From an uncultured virus (IMG/VR IMGVR_UViG_3300010163_001998) (Duplodnaviria; Heunggongvirae; Uroviricota; Caudoviricetes), in IMG/VR virus record IMGVR_UViG_3300010163_001998: a DNA stretch of 64,000 nt. One strand, given 5' to 3'. The notes beneath the pieces were generated by a model. It made no database searches. It was not told the DNA's origin and worked only from the letters and a program-made list of their open reading frames with translations. Shown here in pieces: positions 1-10,316 of the stretch. The position numbers and the translations under genes were made by a program. The stretch's first letter is position 1. The number at the start of each line of letters is the position of its first letter.

Positions 1-65
1 CAGAGGTTAAACCAGAAACACCAGAGGTTAAGCCAGAAACACCAGAGGTTAAACCAGAAACACCA
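1..65 (+). repeat. 21-nt coding tandem repeat, 3 copies visible (PEVKPET)
   Basis: cagaggttaa(a/g)ccagaaacac at 1, 22 and 43. Confidence 0.9.
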
Positions 66-782
66 ATTGAAATAGCAAAAAAGCCAGAGCACATTCAAGT
101 TTCTATTGAAACACTCGAACAACCAGTAGAAATTAAAGAATCTACAATTTCACAAGAATATAATCAATTGGCAGATAATAAGTGTGAAGATGAAAACAAC
201 AATAAAGCATTAAAAAAATTCACATCATTATTTGATAATTATATAAATAGCATAGAAAATAAGTTAACAGAAATTGCAAGTAGAGAAAAGGCAGTAGCTA
301 AAAAAGAGCAGGAGCTTTCAGATAAATATAATAAGCTTACACGAATACTCCTAGATGTAGAAAATAATAAGTTAAATGATATAATTGATACAGTAATAAG
401 TGTTGATACACTTGTAGATAATGGGAATATACAAAATAACAATTTAGAATACTCTGATTATACATATGAATTGCTATTAAAAATTATAAAAAAGCATGAT
501 ATTGTTTCAATACCGCTTTCATATTATAAAAAACTCAAGATAACTTTATTAAAGAGTTTGGAGTGTAATAAAGCTTTAACAAAGTATAAAGCAATAGCAA
601 AAATCAAGTTTAATTCAACACTTACAGAAAACCTCGTAGCAATTGTAGAATACAATGAAGAATTAGAAGATGTAAGTATAAACGTATTAAAACCTTACAA
701 TACAATAGCATTATCTAACTCGGACATAGGAAATTATGTAATAGAATACCAGAAATATAGAAAAGAAAAAATGATATTATAG
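3..782 (+). CDS. 5'-truncated hypothetical protein with PEVKPET repeats and a coiled-coil segment
   Basis: Frame is open from nt 3 (EVKPETPEVKPET...) straight into the 168..782 ORF, so the gene starts upstream of the window. Confidence 0.8.
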   Translation, partial: EVKPETPEVKPETPEVKPETPIEIAKKPEHIQVSIETLEQPVEIKESTISQEYNQLADNKCEDENNNKALKKFTSLFDNYINSIENKLTEIASREKAVAKKEQELSDKYNKLTRILLDVENNKLNDIIDTVISVDTLVDNGNIQNNNLEYSDYTYELLLKIIKKHDIVSIPLSYYKKLKITLLKSLECNKALTKYKAIAKIKFNSTLTENLVAIVEYNEELEDVSINVLKPYNTIALSNSDIGNYVIEYQKYRKEKMIL

Positions 783-788
783 GGGATA

Positions 789-1445
789 GTGATGGCTAAT
801 TTTATAAAAGCAAGTCAGCAACAGCAATCATCAAATGGTGTAAAAATGATATCAACATCAAGACAAATGGTTGCAGCTGTAAAAAGTAATGTTACAATAC
901 CAATGTATTTTTATAACATAATAGTACCTCAGTTGGGCAGCTATTATGATACATATCCAGTAGATTTTGATAGTAAAATAGTTGTATGTTGCCCTTTACA
1001 TGATGAGGATACACCTTCTTGTAGATATTATGCTAATACAGAATCATTTTACTGCTTTGGTTGTCAAAAAGGTGGTGATGTAATATCATTACATAGATAT
1101 TTTGCAGAAAGAATGAATGGCAATAAGCCAGATTACAATGAAGCAGTAGCATTCTTGTACCAATACTTTGTTAAAGGTAGAGAAACAACAACTTTTATTG
1201 ATGAATCAAAACAAAAAATAGAATCAAATGAGAAATTAAACACTGATTCAGAAATAGTTAAGCTTAATGTATACAGAGTAAATTTAGAAAAAAGTATATC
1301 ATTTGATAAAAGTATCAAGGATGAAATAAAAGTACAACTTTGGGAGAGTTTAGATAAAATAGATTGTTTATTAGATAAAAACATGATAAAAGCTGATGAA
1401 GCAGAGCAATATTTAAAGCAAAAAGTAAAAGAATTAATAAGATAA
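789..1445 (+). CDS. Stand-alone CHC2 zinc-finger protein (DnaG primase zinc-binding domain)
   Basis: CCPLHDEDTPS...FYCFGCQKGGDVI motif; no TOPRIM domain. Confidence 0.85.
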   Translation: MMANFIKASQQQQSSNGVKMISTSRQMVAAVKSNVTIPMYFYNIIVPQLGSYYDTYPVDFDSKIVVCCPLHDEDTPSCRYYANTESFYCFGCQKGGDVISLHRYFAERMNGNKPDYNEAVAFLYQYFVKGRETTTFIDESKQKIESNEKLNTDSEIVKLNVYRVNLEKSISFDKSIKDEIKVQLWESLDKIDCLLDKNMIKADEAEQYLKQKVKELIR

Positions 1446-1465
1446 TAAGGAGACATACAAAAACA

Positions 1466-3067
1466 ATGGTCACACTGATTAGACCAAAATATAAAGTAAA
1501 TAAACTTGAAGTACTTGAATATGACAATGAAAAGAAGAAGTGGAAATGCAAATGTGAATGCGGCAATATAGTATATAAGAGAAGCTGGGATATAAAAAAT
1601 GGTAAAGCATCAAGTTGTGGTAAATGTGTAAAAGGTGGAGGATTTAGACGCGAGATATTAGAAAACAAGAACATAGGAAATGTAAAGGTACTTAAATATT
1701 TAGGAGATTACCAATACGAAGTAAAATGTAACTGTGGAAGAACAGCAATATTAACAACAGCACAATTACATAAAGATAATGTATCATGTGGTTGTAAGCT
1801 AAATCAACAAAAGAGGATTGACCTGACAAATAAAATCATAGGTAAGCTTACTGTATTAGAGTATAAGGGATATGAAAAATATGAATGTAAATGTGAGTGT
1901 GGTAATATAGAAACACTTAGCACTTATAAAATAAAAACTACAGCTTCATTAGGATGTACAGAATGTACAAATAAAGCAATTCAAGAGAGATATGACAAGT
2001 CTAGAATAGACCTCATGCATAAACGGTTTGGATCATTGACAGTGATAGGGTTTAAACAGGATATACATAAGTGGGTAGTTAAGTGTGATTGTGGCAAAGT
2101 ATTTGATGTGTATGGACAACATTTAAGAAGTGGTGATACACGTTCATGCGGTTGCAAGTTTGGATTAAACAATAGCAATTATAGAAGTTACTTAGAAATA
2201 GAGATAAATGACTACATAAGAAAAATATATAAAGGGAATATAATAAACAATCATAGAGGTATATTACCAGACAATAAGGAAATAGACATATACCTACCTG
2301 AATTAAAAATGGGCATAGAAGTAAATGGAACATATTGGCATAATAGTGATTATGTAAATACTAATTATCATAAAAATAAAGTAATAGAAGCATACAAGAA
2401 TGGTGTAGAACTTATTCATATTTATGAATATGAATGGAGAAATAATCAGGTACAAATAGAAAATTATTTAAAAAATAAATTGTTAGAGCATACAAAGATA
2501 TATGCAAGAAAAACCATAGCATGTCATATAACAACAGATGAAGCAAGAGAATTTTGTGAAATATATCATTTACAAGGATATGTAAATTCAAGTATAAAAA
2601 TAGGATTAAAATATGAAAATGAAATAATAGCAGTGATGACATTTGGAACACCTAGATTTAATAAAGAATATGATTATGAGTTATTAAGGTTGGCATTTAA
2701 GAATAATGTAAGCATCATAGGTGGATCAGAGAAATTATTTAAATATTTCTTACATAATTACAATCCACAGTCAATAATATCATATTGCAATATTGATAAG
2801 TTTAAGGGTAAGGTTTATACTAGATTAGGATTTAATACAATAAAGTTATCAAATCCAAATTATGTATGGATAAATAAAAATAATGTATTGACAAGATATC
2901 AAACTCAAAAACAAAAGCTAACTAAGCTAGGACTTGGGAATAAAGAGCAGACAGAAGATGAAATAATGAAGTCACTTAATTATGTTAAGTTGTATGATAG
3001 TGGCAATTTAGTACTTGAGTATATAAACAAGGAGGCATATAAAAACAATGGCACAACCAGTAATTAG
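1466..3067 (+). CDS. Homing-endonuclease-like protein: four CxCxCG repeats + PD-(D/E)xK/Vsr-like nuclease + C-terminal GNAT (Mom-like) domain
   Basis: WKCKCECG/SCGC repeats; EIDIYLPELKMGIEVNGTYWH; YELLRLA...GGSEKLF...IISYCNIDKFKGKVYTRLGF. Confidence 0.75.
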   Translation: MVTLIRPKYKVNKLEVLEYDNEKKKWKCKCECGNIVYKRSWDIKNGKASSCGKCVKGGGFRREILENKNIGNVKVLKYLGDYQYEVKCNCGRTAILTTAQLHKDNVSCGCKLNQQKRIDLTNKIIGKLTVLEYKGYEKYECKCECGNIETLSTYKIKTTASLGCTECTNKAIQERYDKSRIDLMHKRFGSLTVIGFKQDIHKWVVKCDCGKVFDVYGQHLRSGDTRSCGCKFGLNNSNYRSYLEIEINDYIRKIYKGNIINNHRGILPDNKEIDIYLPELKMGIEVNGTYWHNSDYVNTNYHKNKVIEAYKNGVELIHIYEYEWRNNQVQIENYLKNKLLEHTKIYARKTIACHITTDEAREFCEIYHLQGYVNSSIKIGLKYENEIIAVMTFGTPRFNKEYDYELLRLAFKNNVSIIGGSEKLFKYFLHNYNPQSIISYCNIDKFKGKVYTRLGFNTIKLSNPNYVWINKNNVLTRYQTQKQKLTKLGLGNKEQTEDEIMKSLNYVKLYDSGNLVLEYINKEAYKNNGTTSN

Positions 3068-4091
3068 TTATCCAGGAGCAAAGTGGAGATTCTATGAACA
3101 CATGGTAGATTATTTTCCACTTGATATGAAAGTATTTATAGAGCCATTCTTTGGAGGTGGTTCTGTAAGTCTATCAGTAGCAGATGATCCAAGATTTACT
3201 AAACTAGAAAGAATGATAGGTGGAGATTTATACACTGAAATGTGGGCATTCTGGCAAGGAATAAAACAGGATCCAGCAGCAGTAGTAGAGATAGCAACGA
3301 AGTGGTTTAGACAGAGTTGTCCTCACCAAGAAGAATTAATAAACACCAATTTCATAGGTAAGACAGCAAGACAGTACATGGAAGGCGGAGAACTAGAGAA
3401 TTTTAGAACATCTGGAGAGTATGACGAGGCTGGTATAAAACGAATTGATGACTTATTAAAATTATATGAGACAGCTACAAACGAAGGTAAAAATTTCTGG
3501 AATTGGTCACAGACGGTAGACACTTCACAAATGTCACTTGAAGAAAGAGCGGCACGCATGCTATTGGTTAATAAGATTAGCTTCTCTGGTATGGGTGATG
3601 CAGGTTCACTAAGTAAGGATCAGTTTTGTGACTTTAGATTAGACATGCTAGATAGAGTTTATGACGCAAGCAGACTATTGCAGAGAATAGAGATATATAA
3701 TGTATCATTTGAAGACACTATGAAATATGCTAATGAAGACACTGAAAACAGCTTCATATTCTTAGATCCACCATATGCGAAACAGGAGTCTAGCGGGTTG
3801 TATGGAAAGAATGGTAGCACTCATAAAGGATTTCCACATGAACATTTTGCAGAGTTCACAAAATCATTACCAGTAAAATGGTTCATAACATATGATGATT
3901 CTGTAATAGTCAGAAAATTATTTCAAGGTAAGACAGCCTTAGGAGATAGAGTTTATATAAAAGAGTTTAAAATTGATGGTGGTTATACAATGGCAGGAAA
4001 GACAGCTGAAGATGCACTGGATGGTGAAGAATTATTTCTGTCAAACTATGACATAACTACTATAAACCTAGTAACTACAGATGAATGGTAA
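3048..4091 (+). CDS. Dam-like (D12 class) N6-adenine DNA methyltransferase
   Basis: YPGAK, FIEPFFGGGSV (SAM binding), FIFLDPPY (catalytic). Confidence 0.92.
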   Translation: MAQPVISYPGAKWRFYEHMVDYFPLDMKVFIEPFFGGGSVSLSVADDPRFTKLERMIGGDLYTEMWAFWQGIKQDPAAVVEIATKWFRQSCPHQEELINTNFIGKTARQYMEGGELENFRTSGEYDEAGIKRIDDLLKLYETATNEGKNFWNWSQTVDTSQMSLEERAARMLLVNKISFSGMGDAGSLSKDQFCDFRLDMLDRVYDASRLLQRIEIYNVSFEDTMKYANEDTENSFIFLDPPYAKQESSGLYGKNGSTHKGFPHEHFAEFTKSLPVKWFITYDDSVIVRKLFQGKTALGDRVYIKEFKIDGGYTMAGKTAEDALDGEELFLSNYDITTINLVTTDEW

Positions 4092-4111
4092 ATAAAAAAA
4101 CATACAGATAT

Positions 4112-4152
4112 AAAATAGTTACATTGTATTTAGTATAGTGTAACTATTTTTA
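4112..4152 (+). terminator. Intrinsic terminator
   Basis: aaaatagttacattgta / tatagtgtaactatttt stem (mismatches are G-U compatible) with T tail. Confidence 0.8.
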
Positions 4153-4460
4153 TTTATTTAATTTATAAATAATTTGAGGATGCAGTATGACATTATTAAA
4201 AATTTATGTATGATAACAAATGTAAAATTAAATAAATCATCAGAACATAAAATGGGTGGCAATAAATTATTTAGTAAAATGATAATAAAATATTATAAGA
4301 AGCATTACAAAAGGCCTATGTTAAAATGTAGGAAGTTAAATTTTAATTTTAAAAATCTTTTAAAATTAGAATTAGGCATTAGAATTTGATAAATAGCATA
4401 AAAATGACAGATAATAAAACAATAGAGTATTATATAAACAAAAAGAAGTGAGGGAAATAT

Positions 4461-5675
4461 ATGAAATCTTATGTAACAAGACAACAGGTAAGGGAAATAA
4501 ACAGAAAGTTATTTGCAAATGACTTAATTTATAGTGAGGAGGATAATAAGAACACATTAGAAACACTCCTTTATGACATAATTATAAAGTATGATCCTAC
4601 AGACAAAATAGCAGGCGTACCTACTATAATTGAGATTAAAGAAGAAAGCCTCAATAAAGATTTGCTTGAAAAAATAAATCTGTTAAATACACAGGCTGTT
4701 ATATTCCAAGTAAATAATAAGATGCTTGAGGATCATGATAATATAGACATTATACAAATGCTAAAAGCAGATAAATTCAGTATAATAGTAGAATTAAATA
4801 AAGACGACTCAATGTTTACAATAGCAAAAATTTTAGCAGACTATATAAAATTTGATATACAAAATATTCCTGATGGTATGCAAAATGAAGTATTTACATG
4901 TAAAAAATTGGCATATAATGTAAACACCCCAGAGGATTTTGCATTAGCTGAAACAGCACACATTGATTTATATGAGGGTACTTATATAAGCCCCAGCTCA
5001 AGACTTGAAATAGATGATATTAAGCATTCAAGGGTAAATTTCCTTGAACTTATTGCACTTATAAATAATAGCAGCACTAAATTAGAAGATGTAGTAAAAG
5101 TTATACAACGCGACTCTTTAATATCAGCACAACTTATTAGACTTTCTAACTCAGCCTATTTTGGTGGTAGAAAGCGTACTGAATCAATTGAAAAGGCAGT
5201 AATAAGATTGGGCTTAGAAAACATAAAGAAGTGGGTATTCTTGTTACAGTTTAGTACACATAACAATGAATCAGACGAATTAATTAGACAGTCATATCAT
5301 AAAGCAATATTCTGTGAATCAATAGTTAAAAGTGCAAGGCTTAAAGATATATCACCTAGTGAAGCATATTTAATAGGTCTGTTTTCTTTAATAGATACAC
5401 TTACAGGTAAACCAATGGACAGTGAAATTACTAAATTGCACCTAACAGAAGTAGTAGAAGATGCATTAGTTTATAGAGAAGGAATAGGGGGTCAGCTTCT
5501 TAACTTAATTAAAGCATATGAAGAAGGAAAATGGAATAAAGTAGATAAGTATATAGCAACATTTAAATTAAATAAAGACAAGATATATAGGTTATATTTT
5601 AATTCCTTAGAGGCAGTAACAAAGTTATGGAAAGAGTTAACAAGATTGCAGGAGGGGAGTGACAAAACTAAATGA
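4461..5675 (+). CDS. Degenerate EAL + HDOD domain signalling protein (YuxH-like)
   Basis: YVTRQ start; LAYNVNTPEDF...DLYEGTYISP (decayed EAL); RDSLISAQLIRLSNSAYFG...AVIRLG and EAYLIGLFSLID (HDOD). Confidence 0.85.
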   Translation: MKSYVTRQQVREINRKLFANDLIYSEEDNKNTLETLLYDIIIKYDPTDKIAGVPTIIEIKEESLNKDLLEKINLLNTQAVIFQVNNKMLEDHDNIDIIQMLKADKFSIIVELNKDDSMFTIAKILADYIKFDIQNIPDGMQNEVFTCKKLAYNVNTPEDFALAETAHIDLYEGTYISPSSRLEIDDIKHSRVNFLELIALINNSSTKLEDVVKVIQRDSLISAQLIRLSNSAYFGGRKRTESIEKAVIRLGLENIKKWVFLLQFSTHNNESDELIRQSYHKAIFCESIVKSARLKDISPSEAYLIGLFSLIDTLTGKPMDSEITKLHLTEVVEDALVYREGIGGQLLNLIKAYEEGKWNKVDKYIATFKLNKDKIYRLYFNSLEAVTKLWKELTRLQEGSDKTK

Positions 5676-6088
5676 TAGCATTAATGTATGATGGTCTAGA
5701 ATTAGGAACATTCTATAGGGATGATGCTAACACTTTAAAGCTGAAGTTGCATGATAATATTAAGACCTCTTGGCTACCATATATATTTGAGCAAGGACTA
5801 GATCATGACATGGAAGTAATAATAAAGGCATGGATGAAGGAAAGAGTATTTCCTAAAAATAGGTTCGGAAAACATAAATTACTAAAAGAACTTGGATTAA
5901 AGAGATATAACATTGAAGATATAGCAAGAGTTACAAGATGTTCTTTATTGACGGATCCATATTGGATAGCATATGAAGAAGGCGATAGATATTCCACACA
6001 TTCGGTTAGGGGCCAAAAGGGTTTTGACATATATCCCTATAATAGTCTTAAACTGAAAAATGAGGAGGTTTTTATATGGAGAAAATAG
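5672..6088 (+). CDS. HipA N-terminal-like small protein
   Basis: WMKERVFPKNR...SLLTDPYWI motif resembles the N-terminal part of Firmicutes HipA-like kinases; overlaps both neighbours. Confidence 0.55.
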   Translation: MIALMYDGLELGTFYRDDANTLKLKLHDNIKTSWLPYIFEQGLDHDMEVIIKAWMKERVFPKNRFGKHKLLKELGLKRYNIEDIARVTRCSLLTDPYWIAYEEGDRYSTHSVRGQKGFDIYPYNSLKLKNEEVFIWRK

Positions 6089-6978
6089 TTCACTGGAAAG
6101 ATAAGGAGTTAATAGTACCAGAACTTAAGCAGTCACACGCAAAAGGTGGTAGACTTGAAAAATTTTGGGCTGAAGATAAAAAGACAGGTAGAGTATTCCT
6201 ATTAAAGGGCAGCTCTAAATTTAATTATGAGCCATTTGGAGAAAAGATAGCATACATCATAGGAAAGAACTTAGGGATGGACATACTGGAATATGACATA
6301 ATACCAGCAGAGTTGTTCCAAGATATATTACCAATACAGTCTCATTGTAAATATTTAAGTATATGTGAAAAGATAGATAGAAAAAATTATTCTATAACAT
6401 CCATAGCAGAAATCAAAAGAGCAAAGAATGTAATTCGTAAGCTAGAAGGTAAAGATCCTGTAACAAACAGACAAGTAATGTATGAATTATTACCAAAAAA
6501 ATATATTGACACCATGTTATTATTTGATGCTATTATAGGTAATAGAGATAGACATTATGGAAATGTACATTTACTAAGAGGAATCAACGGAGAAATGGTA
6601 GGAGCACCAATACTTGATAATGGTGCATCATGTTTAACAAATACGAGTTTGTTGATAACATTGCCATTAAGTTATAAAGTTGGTGAGTTTATTGACAGCT
6701 CTAGTACATTTGCAGATAAGCATATAAAGCAAATGCAATACGCAGACACACTAAATGGAATAAGTTTTGATATACCAGTAAAGACAATGCAAATATTGGA
6801 AGAACTTGAACCAACACTTAACATGATGCCAAAATATAGAGCAGAATTAACTAAGAAATATATAGTATACAGGCTACATAAATATTTGTCATTAATAAAA
6901 AACAATGAAATACCTGAAAATTTAATTAACACAGTAAGCAATTTGAAAGTTCAAGGACAAGAGAAAGAATGTACATAA
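6076..6978 (+). CDS. HipA/CtkA-like Ser/Thr kinase
   Basis: GGRLEK G-loop, FLLKG, EPFGEKIAY, DAIIGNRDRHYGN, APILDNG. Confidence 0.85.
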   Translation: MEKIVHWKDKELIVPELKQSHAKGGRLEKFWAEDKKTGRVFLLKGSSKFNYEPFGEKIAYIIGKNLGMDILEYDIIPAELFQDILPIQSHCKYLSICEKIDRKNYSITSIAEIKRAKNVIRKLEGKDPVTNRQVMYELLPKKYIDTMLLFDAIIGNRDRHYGNVHLLRGINGEMVGAPILDNGASCLTNTSLLITLPLSYKVGEFIDSSSTFADKHIKQMQYADTLNGISFDIPVKTMQILEELEPTLNMMPKYRAELTKKYIVYRLHKYLSLIKNNEIPENLINTVSNLKVQGQEKECT

Positions 6979-6988
6979 TATAATGTAT

Positions 6989-7002
6989 TAAACATATGTT
7001 TA
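6989..7002. promoter_or_regulatory. Perfect 14-bp palindrome resembling a Firmicutes LexA box
   Basis: TAAAC-ATAT-GTTTA upstream of the 7093 gene. Confidence 0.45.
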
Positions 7003-7092
7003 CTATTAAAATACCAAAATACAATCATAAATATGATTAAAGGGTAGTTTTTAAATTTTAATTTAGTAAATATAATAAAGGAGTGGGAAGGC

Positions 7093-8064
7093 ATGAATAG
7101 TTTAACTATGATAGCAAGACACGGTTTGAGCACTGATAATATTGTTGCGTATACATTAATATCTCAAGAGTATCAAACAGTGGTAATGGGTGTCAAAGAA
7201 CTTACAGAAAAAATAGCTAAAAAGGCAATTACAGTTAATAACTTAGCAATAGAAAATGGTAAACTGGTTTCAACTAATGGGGCATTAGATAAGTACACAT
7301 TAATAAATGCACGAACCAAGGGAATCGTAGGTACTGCAAAAGCGGTTATTTTGGACAGAGTTGAACAAAATAACAAACTCGTAGGCTATACTGTATTCAC
7401 ACAGTATGGAACTATTGTAGAAATGAATGTAGATGATGCTACTACACTGGCTAACAAGAGACTCATCAGCAACGGTAAAATTAGACACACTGAAAATGGT
7501 GATATTGTTTCAGCAATAGGAGGTAATTATCCCCTAAGACATATTGCCATAGCAAGTGCACCTAAGAGTGAGTTAAATGCAAGCATACTGTATTTTAGTT
7601 ATGTTGCGGAAGTTGATGCAAAGTATGTAGGTGTTATACTTACTTGTGATTCAGCAGTTGAAATGAGTAAGATCATTGATATAGTAAATAAGTCAAATGC
7701 TGCTCTAATTGCAAAGGTGTCTAAGATAGGTGGACAGTCTACCAGAAAGTCATCAGAAATGGCAAAAGTGTGTAAGTCATTAGCAATTGCAAGAATGGGT
7801 GCAACAGGAGTTTATGCTATAATTGATATAGATACATTTGGTAAGATTATTTCCAGTGGAAGAACAAATTTTAAAGATACCATTAATGGCATGGTTGTAT
7901 CAGCTCTCAATTATACCAATGAGGAGCCAGATGAAGCAATATTAGTATTAAATAAGTCATGGGATGTGATAAAAGATCAAACAAAAGGTAGTGTAGCAGC
8001 AAAGGATGCGCATAAGTTTCTAGCAGAAGTACTTAATAAGTTTGGAAACATAACCATACAATAA
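7093..8064 (+). CDS. Hypothetical protein with tandem N-terminal module (shared with 8388, 10317, 44104)
   Basis: AAGGAG RBS; two repeats of (I/V)(A/G)YT...(V/I)xN. Confidence 0.85.
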   Translation: MNSLTMIARHGLSTDNIVAYTLISQEYQTVVMGVKELTEKIAKKAITVNNLAIENGKLVSTNGALDKYTLINARTKGIVGTAKAVILDRVEQNNKLVGYTVFTQYGTIVEMNVDDATTLANKRLISNGKIRHTENGDIVSAIGGNYPLRHIAIASAPKSELNASILYFSYVAEVDAKYVGVILTCDSAVEMSKIIDIVNKSNAALIAKVSKIGGQSTRKSSEMAKVCKSLAIARMGATGVYAIIDIDTFGKIISSGRTNFKDTINGMVVSALNYTNEEPDEAILVLNKSWDVIKDQTKGSVAAKDAHKFLAEVLNKFGNITIQ

Positions 8065-8101
8065 TAAATAGCAAAATATATTTAAGGGGAGTTGGAAATA
8101 A

Positions 8102-8142
8102 TAAAAGAGGTTACATTATCATGGTTAATGTAACCTCTTTTA
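8102..8142 (+). terminator. Intrinsic terminator
   Basis: Perfect stem aaaagaggttacatta / taatgtaacctctttt. Confidence 0.85.
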
Positions 8143-8315
8143 AATTTTCTAAAAATAAATAGTTTATTATGAGATAGAATAAAGTAATCATTACAAATAA
8201 AACTAGATATATTCAAATATATTTTTAATTATGCATCAAACTGACATTGGAAAAGCTATAATACATTATATAAAAAACTAAATATACATAAATTTAAAAA
8301 TTTTTAGCCTCAGGG

Positions 8316-8344
8316 TTGACTTTTGGTAATATTTGTGATATGAT
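8316..8344 (+). promoter_or_regulatory. Sigma-A-type promoter with extended -10
   Basis: TTGACT-17 nt-TATGAT with TG one base before the -10. Confidence 0.75.
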
Positions 8345-8387
8345 ATAAGAGAATTAAAAATAAATTAAAGAAAGGAAAGGTATAATA

Positions 8388-10172
8388 ATGTTAAAGCTTA
8401 CTAAAAGTATTGTAAACGGACAGAGAACACTCATTGGCTTCATAATAGAAGGCAAGGAAAGTGAAATGGGTGGTTTCTCCAATATGAAAATTGTGAGAGG
8501 CGTTCCAATTGAGCAAATGATCAAGACTAAGTTTTCTAACAATCAGGTTTCTGTAGTAAATAATAAGCTGGTTGAGCGCGGCAGTTTTAAGATTAATCAG
8601 CTTCCAATGTGTGTATACTCACCTGGGAATGCAAGTGGCAACGAGTACATTGACATTGACAACACAATGAATTTGATCGGGCGCTATGTACAGAATAATG
8701 AGAACATTGGTTTCAGAGTGCAGTTTGCAGATGGTTCCGAGGATAACCTGAAATATGCAAATGTAATCATGATGTGTAAGTGGTTCAAACCTGGAAACTT
8801 CTCTATCAGGACATCATCCAAGCAAAACATGTACATTTGCAGTAAAAAGGACGGCACCAGCATCAATGATTTGCCTGCACAGTACATTGAAAAGAGACCT
8901 GATGAAGCAAAGACACCTAAGAGAATGAAGTCGGCAGCTAAGAAGCCAGTTGTTGAGTTTAATGGTGCGGTTGAGACCGGTTTTGATATTCTGGATATCT
9001 ACGGATTTATTAAGGATTGCAATGGTGCTGTGATTAAGCTTCCTAATGAAAAGTATACTGCTGCATCAGAAGATGGTGAAACAGTAGTAGAAGGATTCCA
9101 GTCACTTGGAATTGGTGAGGTTGCATTACCTTATCCTATGTACAATGCAAGTAAGATTAATGTAAATGCTCAGTTTAAGAAAGTTGGTGTAGTGCCTGTA
9201 ACCATTAATGGGCAGCAGACTAACATCACCACATTTGTTCACAGAAATAAGAGTATATTCTTAAACGGTGAAAATTACATTAAGAAATTTGGTATTGCAG
9301 TTCCTACTGAAAGAGAAGCAGACCTTCTTAAAGCAATTGGTGCAAGTTTAGCACTTAAGAAGATTGAAGATCCTACAATCATCCAGCCTTTGAGCCAGGT
9401 AATCAATGTGAAATCATTATCATTCTATACAGTTGACTCCAGCAAGATTGATTTGATTTCAGAGAAGAAGAGATCAGAGAGCATTATGACAGCTAAACAG
9501 CTTGTGGCAGCATGCAAGAAAATGTATGATCTGAAACTTATTAGTAAGGCACTTGGACCTAAGGGTGGAATCCTGAAGGAACTGGCAGGCTGCTTGAGTG
9601 ATTCAGAGATTGCAAAGGCAACAGGCAAGAAATTGTTTGGTATTTTCTCCATGATGAATGAAGATGCACTGAATGCTATTAAGGAGGCAGGTATAGATGT
9701 ATATACTGGTGCATATACAGTAGCTGGAAAACCTGTAGCAAAGACTGGTAGCGGAGATGGGGATTCAGCAACACCTGTTGAGATTGAGTATACATTGACA
9801 GGATTTGATCCTGGTAAGATTACCGGTAAGCAAATAATTGATGCTGTTAAAACAAATGATACCAGTAAGATTACAAAGAATGTTGCTAAGTGCGTCGGTG
9901 AGATTCTTAACATCAGTAATAAAGAAAATCAGTATAAGGTAGCTAAGGAGATGTACGATAAAGTAGAAAAAGAGATTACCAAGCTTAATGAAAAGTTTTG
10001 GAGACATAACGCTTCAATGTACATCAATGGAAGTAAAACAAGAATCCATTCACATGATAGTAAGAATTGGGTTCCTGATACAAATACAAGGGTAAAGAAA
10101 TATCAGGTTTATACCTGCACATTGAAGGGTGCTGAGGGACTTACAGTTAAGTTTAATGGTGTATCAATCTAA
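8388..10172 (+). CDS. Hypothetical protein, probably highly expressed, with tandem N-terminal module
   Basis: 594-aa ORF with own promoter and terminator; visibly more GC/AAG-rich codons than neighbours. Confidence 0.9.
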   Translation: MLKLTKSIVNGQRTLIGFIIEGKESEMGGFSNMKIVRGVPIEQMIKTKFSNNQVSVVNNKLVERGSFKINQLPMCVYSPGNASGNEYIDIDNTMNLIGRYVQNNENIGFRVQFADGSEDNLKYANVIMMCKWFKPGNFSIRTSSKQNMYICSKKDGTSINDLPAQYIEKRPDEAKTPKRMKSAAKKPVVEFNGAVETGFDILDIYGFIKDCNGAVIKLPNEKYTAASEDGETVVEGFQSLGIGEVALPYPMYNASKINVNAQFKKVGVVPVTINGQQTNITTFVHRNKSIFLNGENYIKKFGIAVPTEREADLLKAIGASLALKKIEDPTIIQPLSQVINVKSLSFYTVDSSKIDLISEKKRSESIMTAKQLVAACKKMYDLKLISKALGPKGGILKELAGCLSDSEIAKATGKKLFGIFSMMNEDALNAIKEAGIDVYTGAYTVAGKPVAKTGSGDGDSATPVEIEYTLTGFDPGKITGKQIIDAVKTNDTSKITKNVAKCVGEILNISNKENQYKVAKEMYDKVEKEITKLNEKFWRHNASMYINGSKTRIHSHDSKNWVPDTNTRVKKYQVYTCTLKGAEGLTVKFNGVSI

Positions 10173-10198
10173 CAAAAAAATTGCAAGCTAAGAATAAT

Positions 10199-10241
10199 AA
10201 GAAATGGGGCATTTAATAAAAAGAATGTCCCATTTCTTTTA
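10199..10241 (+). terminator. Intrinsic terminator
   Basis: aagaaatggggcatt / aatgtcccatttctt + T run. Confidence 0.8.
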
Positions 10242-10316
10242 TTTTTAGTTACTATTAAATATACATATAACAGAATAGAATAAAAATTTATTTTTATTTA
10301 AGGAGTAAGTAAAGAT

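Noticed and set aside
4174..4389. 71-aa + strand ORF
   Set aside because: TTG start without RBS in an AT-rich intergenic region; no recognisable features
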